In this document: in pieces, positions 58,866 through 64,000 of the stretch
How the letters are laid out: every line of letters begins with the position of its first letter
How positions within the stretch are numbered: the first letter of the stretch is position 1
Assembly (NCBI GenBank): GCA_934271655.1
Contig: CAKQRW010000006.1
Span: forward strand, 2,604 to 66,603
From: an uncultured Bacteroidaceae bacterium
Lineage (GTDB): Bacteria; Bacteroidota; Bacteroidia; Bacteroidales; Bacteroidaceae
Reading direction: 5' to 3'
DNA: 64,000 nt
Translations under genes and position numbers: made by a program
The notes under the pieces: generated by a model
Told to the model about the DNA's origin: nothing
The model's input: only the letters and a program-made list of their open reading frames with translations
The model's database searches: none

Positions 58866-59834
58866 TCTCTGTCCTGTCATTCTGAAATATTTGTCCAGTA
58901 CGAGAAGGGAGATGAGCTTCTCTCGCTCTTTGTCCTTAAACTGCTCCACATACTCGTGCGCATGTGTGATGATTGCTTCAGCCTCCTCAGGATGTGTGGA
59001 GTAGTGGTTGAGACGTTCCTCCAGGTCGGAGAAGTCGGGCTTAATCTCAATATAGTGGTAATTGGGGATGAGGGTGCCCTCCATGAACCATGTCTCGCAT
59101 GTGGGCTTTGGCATGACCGCCACAGAATTGGACGACATGACCCACTTGAGGTTGCTTGCCACATCGTTGCCCTCAAGAGCGAGTATGAACTTGTATCTCA
59201 GATGGTCGGCTATGGTCATTTTCTCCACATGCCATTCCCTGTGCTCGGGATAGTTGCGGCTTATGTCACCAAGGTCGCATGCAGGATTGCTAAAATACTT
59301 CTCAAAGAAAGCCACTCTTTGTGGCTTGTCCTTTACTTTGCCCCTGAACACGGCCATATCTTTTTTCGCCTTGAAAGGGATTGTGTCTTTGACAAAGATG
59401 AAGTGGCGCACCTTGTTGAGCTTCATGATGACTCCGTTGGCGTTGTCTCCAGCCACAGGCCGGCTCTTCACGATAGAAGGAGTGTCGGGAATGAAGTTGA
59501 TGTCTCCTGGACGGAACACCCAGCGCAGTGCAGGCTTAAACCACCGCGTGTATTCGCGGGTGTCAAACCAGTACACCTTATGCCATCGTTTGTCATGCTT
59601 GCCAATGCAAGGAGCATCAGCCGGCAATTGCGCTCCCGGTGTGAGGCGGCAGTAGTAGTCCACCCGTCTGAGTATATAGTCCTTGTCCTCTCGTGTGTCG
59701 ACACGTTTCAGTGTGCTTTCCAGCCTGCTTCTGTAGAGAGCATCGGGCACAAGAAGCCGCAAGTAGTTTTTAAGGAGATAAGTGAACTTATTGTTTTTGC
59801 CGCTGTGCAGCTTGTAGTATACTTTTGAGAGCAT
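58863..59834 (-). CDS. glycosyltransferase family 90 (CAP10-domain, LPS-modifying) protein
   Basis: 323 aa. YKFILALEGNDVASNLKWVMSSNSVAVMPKPTCETWFMEGTLIPNYHYIEIKPDFSDL, a typical CAP10/GT90 block. Confidence 0.75.
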   Translation of the reverse strand: MLSKVYYKLHSGKNNKFTYLLKNYLRLLVPDALYRSRLESTLKRVDTREDKDYILRRVDYYCRLTPGAQLPADAPCIGKHDKRWHKVYWFDTREYTRWFKPALRWVFRPGDINFIPDTPSIVKSRPVAGDNANGVIMKLNKVRHFIFVKDTIPFKAKKDMAVFRGKVKDKPQRVAFFEKYFSNPACDLGDISRNYPEHREWHVEKMTIADHLRYKFILALEGNDVASNLKWVMSSNSVAVMPKPTCETWFMEGTLIPNYHYIEIKPDFSDLEERLNHYSTHPEEAEAIITHAHEYVEQFKDKEREKLISLLVLDKYFRMTGQR

Positions 59835-59883
59835 AAACGAAATACATGAGGGTTAATTGGTTGCAAAGTTATAAAAAAAATTG

Positions 59884-59891
59884 TACCTTTG
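59884..59891 (+). promoter_or_regulatory. -7 box TACCTTTG (glycosyltransferase 59914)
   Basis: Matches TAnnTTTG, 23 nt upstream of the ATG. Confidence 0.5.
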
Positions 59892-59913
59892 CAGTGAAAC
59901 AAGAAAGAAAAAC

Positions 59914-60945
59914 ATGAGATATTGCTATATTTCCCGCAACTACAAAGACATCACATCGGCTGGCAATAAGGCCAAGACAGACATTGAGACCACGATGCAG
60001 CGCATGGGTTTTGTCAATATAGGCTTGGCTCATACGGTGGGCAAGGGTGTGCTGCGCCATTTCTTCCGCAATCTGTTTGGCATTGTGAAGGCCATGTGTC
60101 TGATAAAGAAGGGCGATGTGCTGGTGCTTCAGTATCCGCTGAAGAAATATTATGAGGCCATGTGCGATGTGGCCCATATGAAGGGCGCCAAGGTCATCAC
60201 CCAGATACACGACCTTAACTCCTTCCGCAGCAAGCGTCTCACACCTGCTCAGGAGATGGCTCGGTTGGGCCACAGCGATGTTGTCATTGCCCACAATGAG
60301 ACGATGAAATCATGGCTTGAGCAGCAAGGCTGTCCTGCCAGGCTCACCACGTTGGGCATATTTGATTATCTCTCTCCTGTGCCTGTGGTGTCAGAGCGCG
60401 CCATGCCTGGCGGCGGATGCAAGACCATGTTCTTTCTTGGCAACATGAATCCCAAGAGCAACATGTTTGTGTATGATTTGTCCAACAGCCTGAGCAAGTC
60501 GTGGCTTTACCTGTATGGCAACCATTACCATGAGGAGCTGATGCACAAGGATGCAAGGGCTGAGTATGAGGGGTATGCTGTTGATGTGGAGTTGATGAGA
60601 ATGAACAAAGGTGATTTCGGGCTCTCGTGGTATGGAGAGTCGCTGACAGAAGGAAAGGGAAAGATAGGCGAATACATGTCGTACAACAATCCACACAAAG
60701 TGTCGCTCTACCTGCGCTGCCATGCTCCTGTCATCATCTCTAAGACAGCCGGACTGGCTTCTTTTGTGGAGGAGAACGGCATTGGCATCACTGTAGACTC
60801 GCTTTGTGACATCGACACCGTGCTGAGCGGCGTGACAGATGGGCAATACCGCCAGATGAAGCAGAATGTGATGAGGGTGAGTGAGAGGATAGCGTCTGGA
60901 TATTATTTCGAGCATGCCTTTAAGAGGGCTGTGGCTCTGTTGTAA
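59914..60945 (+). CDS. putative glycosyltransferase (galactofuranosyltransferase-like; family assignment uncertain)
   Basis: Start at the ATG at 59914 (MRYCYISRNYKDITSAGNKAKTDIE...), 23 nt after a -7 box. Context is an LPS/glycan cluster. No firm catalytic motif recognised. Confidence 0.55.
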   Translation: MRYCYISRNYKDITSAGNKAKTDIETTMQRMGFVNIGLAHTVGKGVLRHFFRNLFGIVKAMCLIKKGDVLVLQYPLKKYYEAMCDVAHMKGAKVITQIHDLNSFRSKRLTPAQEMARLGHSDVVIAHNETMKSWLEQQGCPARLTTLGIFDYLSPVPVVSERAMPGGGCKTMFFLGNMNPKSNMFVYDLSNSLSKSWLYLYGNHYHEELMHKDARAEYEGYAVDVELMRMNKGDFGLSWYGESLTEGKGKIGEYMSYNNPHKVSLYLRCHAPVIISKTAGLASFVEENGIGITVDSLCDIDTVLSGVTDGQYRQMKQNVMRVSERIASGYYFEHAFKRAVALL

Positions 60946-60968
60946 GCGTCTGCTGCGGCGAAGTAATG

Positions 60969-61032
60969 AGACGTTACATTCCGTAGACGTTAGTCACATT
61001 ACATAGACGTTAGTTACATTCCATAGACTTTT
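60969..61032. repeat. tandem repeat, about 3.3 copies of a ~20-nt unit AGACGTTAGTTACATTCCAT
   Basis: Units at 60969 (16 nt), 60985, 61005, and a partial unit at 61025. Confidence 0.85.
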
Positions 61033-61153
61033 GTAAAGGAAAAAACATACTATACATTATGTGGGCGCTCAAGCTTGTCAGCCATGTCTGCTTGTCATAT
61101 TTATGAACACCTATTTGAGACAGGTGTGAGTGCCTAACTTTGATGCTATAAGA

Positions 61154-61161
61154 TAATTTTG
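61154..61161 (+). promoter_or_regulatory. -7 box TAATTTTG fused to the TGAACACCTGCTTA motif (GNAT gene)
   Basis: Matches TAnnTTTG. The ATG at 61173 lies only 12 nt downstream, so the mRNA would be leaderless or nearly so. Confidence 0.45.
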
Positions 61162-61172
61162 AACACCTGCTT

Positions 61173-61703
61173 ATGAATGGCAATAAGATTACGCCTGCCA
61201 TAGAAAAGCTCTATACGGAGGCCTTTCCGGAGAATGAGCGCAGGCCAATGCAGTGGTTTCGCCTGTTGCTGGCCAATGAGCCAGCCATGCATCTTGTCAC
61301 ATATGATGATCAGGCCATGCTGTGCTACTGGCATTTCAGCACATTTATATATGTGGAATATCTGGCTGTAGACGCGTCGCTCAGGGGACAAGGCAAGGGC
61401 GGCAGCATCATCAGTGAACTGGTAGCGAAGAATGATGTGCCTGTCATTCTTGAGGTAGAGCCGCCTGTCGACGAGATCACGAGGCGTCGGGTAGGCTTTT
61501 ACATGCGCATGGGTTTCCGCCTTTTGCCAGACAGGTACATGCAGCCGTCTTATGGAGTGGTGCCAGGCATTGAACTGAGGCTTATGCTTGCCGAAAAGGA
61601 GGAAAAGATGCCCCTGCCTCCTGTAGCAGAGATGGTGCGCACGATACACGAGCGTGTCTATGGAGTGAAAAATGGTGAAATGTGGCCATTGCGGCATGGC
61701 TGA
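61173..61703 (+). CDS. GNAT-family N-acetyltransferase
   Basis: 176 aa. LYTEAFPENERRP N-terminus and the acetyl-CoA motif LRGQGKGGSII. Confidence 0.8.
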   Translation: MNGNKITPAIEKLYTEAFPENERRPMQWFRLLLANEPAMHLVTYDDQAMLCYWHFSTFIYVEYLAVDASLRGQGKGGSIISELVAKNDVPVILEVEPPVDEITRRRVGFYMRMGFRLLPDRYMQPSYGVVPGIELRLMLAEKEEKMPLPPVAEMVRTIHERVYGVKNGEMWPLRHG

Positions 61704-61789
61704 TGGCTGAAAATGGTGAAAAGTCGAAAAAGAAAAGTAAATTGTTGCCATTTTGAACAGCAAATATTTTTTATATTCCAAATAATATA

Positions 61790-61797
61790 TATCTTTG
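61790..61797 (+). promoter_or_regulatory. -7 box TATCTTTG (rubrerythrin)
   Basis: Matches TAnnTTTG, 44 nt upstream of the ATG at 61841. Confidence 0.5.
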
Positions 61798-61840
61798 CAC
61801 AGGTAAAAGAAAAAGTCAAACCTAAAAACGATTTATTATT

Positions 61841-62404
61841 ATGGCAAAGAAATGGGTATGCCCGGTATGTGGCTATGTGTATGAAGGTGAGAATCCACCA
61901 GAGAAGTGTCCTCAGTGCAAGGTTCCTGGATCAAAGTTCAAGTTGAAGGAGGAAACAGAAGGACTCAATTTTGCTTGCGAGCATGAGCTTGGCGTAGCAA
62001 AGGCCATTCCAGAGGGAGAAGATGGTGCATTCGTGCTTCAGGGACTGAAAGACCACTTCGCAGGTGAGTGCACAGAGGTGGGCATGTATCTCGCAATGAG
62101 CCGTCAGGCCGACCGCGAGGGTTATCCGGAAGTGGCAGAGGCCTTCAAGCGTTACGCTCTCGAAGAGGCTGAGCACGCTGCTAAGTTTGCAGAGCTTCTC
62201 GGCGACATGGTATGGGACACAAAGACAAATGTGAAGGCTCGTATGGAGGCTGAGGAAGGCGCTTGCGCAGCTAAGCTCGACATTGCCAAGGTGGCAAAGA
62301 AGCTCAACCTCGACGCAATCCACGACACAGTCCACGAGATGGCTAAGGACGAGGCTCGCCACGGAGCAGGTTTCCAGGGCTTGTGGAACAGGTTCTTCAA
62401 GTAA
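61841..62404 (+). CDS. rbr: reverse rubrerythrin (N-terminal rubredoxin-like CxxC..CxxC, C-terminal di-iron ferritin-like domain)
   Basis: [24 protein letters not shown] at the N-terminus, then di-iron ligand motifs ([25 protein letters not shown]). Confidence 0.85.
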   Translation: MAKKWVCPVCGYVYEGENPPEKCPQCKVPGSKFKLKEETEGLNFACEHELGVAKAIPEGEDGAFVLQGLKDHFAGECTEVGMYLAMSRQADREGYPEVAEAFKRYALEEAEHAAKFAELLGDMVWDTKTNVKARMEAEEGACAAKLDIAKVAKKLNLDAIHDTVHEMAKDEARHGAGFQGLWNRFFK

Positions 62405-62542
62405 GATGGAGCGTCATGTGGCTTGAACAACAAGACATGATGCTTTATGGACAAGACAAGCATCGTCTTGAGGACAAGCCGGAGTTAATAACGCGGAATG
62501 TCTATTCTGCAAGAAAGTAAGTAACTAAAAAAACAGACATAC

Positions 62543-62704
62543 ATGAAAAAATACGTATGCGATGTGTGCGGATGGGTATATGACCCTGAAGTGGGAGTGC
62601 CAGAGGCTGGCATAGCTCCAGGCACAGCATTTGAGGACTTGCCAGATGATTTCGAGTGTCCTCTGTGCGGTGTTGGCAAAGATGAATTTTCTGAGACAGA
62701 ATAA
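62543..62704 (+). CDS. rubredoxin (53 aa)
   Basis: Below the ORF-track cutoff; manual translation gives [53 protein letters not shown]. This is the canonical rubredoxin pattern CxxCGW...PDDFxCPxCG. Confidence 0.9.
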   Translation: MKKYVCDVCGWVYDPEVGVPEAGIAPGTAFEDLPDDFECPLCGVGKDEFSETE

Positions 62705-62783
62705 GTGAATACATGAGACTACGATGCGATGTGCGGTGAAGGGGCTATAATGCCACCTTCCTCGTGCATCGCATTTGTTTCGT

Positions 62784-62852
62784 TAAGTAGGTGCTCATGA
62801 TTATGAGAGCGGCTTACTTCGATACTATAAAATAATTGTGAGCACCTACTTA
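62784..62852. repeat. MITE-like element copy B: perfect 14-bp inverted repeats TAAGTAGGTGCTCA / TGAGCACCTACTTA around 41 bp
   Basis: The interior aligns with copy A apart from a 21-nt internal duplication in A. A further half-site TGAACACCTACTCA lies at 62864..62877. Confidence 0.8.
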
Positions 62853-62857
62853 TAAAA

Positions 62858-62865
62858 TAATTTTG
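62858..62865 (+). promoter_or_regulatory. -7 box TAATTTTG fused to TGAACACCTACTCA (dusB)
   Basis: Matches TAnnTTTG, 41 nt upstream of the ATG at 62906. Confidence 0.45.
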
Positions 62866-62905
62866 AACACCTACTCATGCATGTTTGTAGGACTTAATCA
62901 TACGG

Positions 62906-63994
62906 ATGAAGATAAGAGACATAGATTTAGGTGACAAACCTGTAGTCCTTGCTCCTATGGAGGATGTGACAGACCAGGCCTTCCGTCTGCTCTGCAAGGA
63001 GTTTGGCGCAAGCATGGTCTATTCTGAGTTTGTGAGCGCTGACGCTCTGATACGCAATGTCAACCGCTCGCTTGAAAAGATACGTGTGGACGATGAGGAG
63101 CGTCCTGTGGCCATTCAGATTTACGGCAGAGATGTGGAGAGTATGGTAGAGGCGGCCAAGATAGTGGAGAGTGAGGCTCATCCCGACATCCTTGATATCA
63201 ATTTCGGATGTCCGGTAAAGAAAGTGGCTGGCAAGGGAGCAGGCTCAGGCATGCTGCGCAATCCTCAGCTCTTGCTGGACATCACACGTGAGGTGGTCAA
63301 GGCGGTGAACCTGCCTGTCACTGTAAAGACTCGCTTGGGATGGGACGTGCCGTCAATGTATGACGTGCCGGATGGTTGGCAACGCCTTGCCGCAAATGCG
63401 GATGGCGCCTCGCCGTTGATACATGAGCTGGCGCTAAGGCTGCAGGATTGCGGAGTGGCTGCGCTCACCATACACGGCAGGACACGCAGCCAGATGTATC
63501 AGGGCGAAGCCGACTGGACTCTTATTGGCGAGGTGAAGTCGGATCTGCGCATCACCATGCCTATCATAGGCAATGGCGACATATGCACGGCAGAACAGGC
63601 GGCCAGCGCCTTTGAGCGCTATGGCGTTGATGCCGTGATGATAGGCCGTGCCACTTTTGGCCAGCCATGGCTGTTCAAGGATGTGCGCTCATACCTTGAC
63701 AAGGGCGTGCATGACGACAGCATGAGCCTGGAATGGAAGATAGGCGTGCTCAAGCGCCAGGTGGCAAAGAGCGTGGAGTATTCTCTGCGTGCTGACAATG
63801 CTCTGAAGGAAAGCAAGCGTACCGAACTCGGAGGCATCATACACGTGAGGAGGCATCTTGCCAACAGCCCCGTCTTCAAGGGAATACCTGATTTCAGGCA
63901 GATGCGCATAAAGATATTGCGCGCCGAGAGCCAGGATGAGCTCTTCAGTCTGCTCGACCAGGCATATGGCATTATCAAGAATAGCCAGAAATAA
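62906..63994 (+). CDS. dusB: tRNA-dihydrouridine synthase
   Basis: 362 aa. LAPMEDVTDQAFRLLCKEFGA, DINFGCP (catalytic Cys region) and TIHGRTR. Confidence 0.88.
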   Translation: MKIRDIDLGDKPVVLAPMEDVTDQAFRLLCKEFGASMVYSEFVSADALIRNVNRSLEKIRVDDEERPVAIQIYGRDVESMVEAAKIVESEAHPDILDINFGCPVKKVAGKGAGSGMLRNPQLLLDITREVVKAVNLPVTVKTRLGWDVPSMYDVPDGWQRLAANADGASPLIHELALRLQDCGVAALTIHGRTRSQMYQGEADWTLIGEVKSDLRITMPIIGNGDICTAEQAASAFERYGVDAVMIGRATFGQPWLFKDVRSYLDKGVHDDSMSLEWKIGVLKRQVAKSVEYSLRADNALKESKRTELGGIIHVRRHLANSPVFKGIPDFRQMRIKILRAESQDELFSLLDQAYGIIKNSQK

Positions 63995-64000
63995 GGTATA

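Noticed and set aside
58851-59828. 325-aa plus-strand ORF
   Set aside because: It mirrors the GT90/CAP10 gene on the minus strand. The minus-strand product has the conserved ALEGNDVASNLKWVM...ETWFMEG block, and the plus-strand product has none.

Overview
The window is a 64-kb chromosomal segment that looks Bacteroidales, possibly Prevotellaceae (a guess). Supporting signs are a SusC/SusD pair, many lipoprotein-type signal peptides, TAnnTTTG -7 promoter boxes and A/C-rich leaders without Shine-Dalgarno sequences. I support about 50 protein-coding genes. I saw no rRNA, tRNA, CRISPR array, transposase or integrase.

The backbone is housekeeping: mnmG, apt, uvrC, dtd, deoC, a polyprenyl synthase, polA, rfbB, mutS, groES/groEL, ribD, the sdh/frd CAB operon, dusB, and a reverse rubrerythrin plus rubredoxin.

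Accessory loci:
- A candidate RiPP locus at the left edge. It holds an unannotated 59-aa double-glycine-leader, Cys-rich precursor (3068..3247, minus), a radical SAM/SPASM maturase, a TonB-dependent receptor, a small secreted protein, and a TPR-TM-LuxR regulator split by a frameshift in an (AT)5 run.
- An orphan partner-switching module: STAS protein, solute-binding protein and Cache/HAMP PP2C phosphatase.
- A SusC/SusD/DUF4843/PKD-like/TlpA locus next to a membrane AraC-type regulator.
- GH53 and triple-domain GH43 glycoside hydrolases.
- An LPS-type kinase and glycosyltransferase cluster.
- A low-GC islet holding gene fragments: a truncated tail-fiber-like gene abutting an S8 peptidase C-terminal fragment.

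The intergenic DNA is unusually rich in structured repeats:
- Three unrelated tandem arrays with 22-bp (2 x 11) periodicity.
- A small inverted-repeat (MITE-like) element family carrying a -7 box.
- A shared TGTTTCACGTGAAACA palindrome.
- A 960-bp AT-rich gap with seven TGTTGAYA sites plus a perfect DnaA box.

The RiPP locus is my best candidate for an undescribed system. All homology statements rest on motif recognition by eye; no searches were run.
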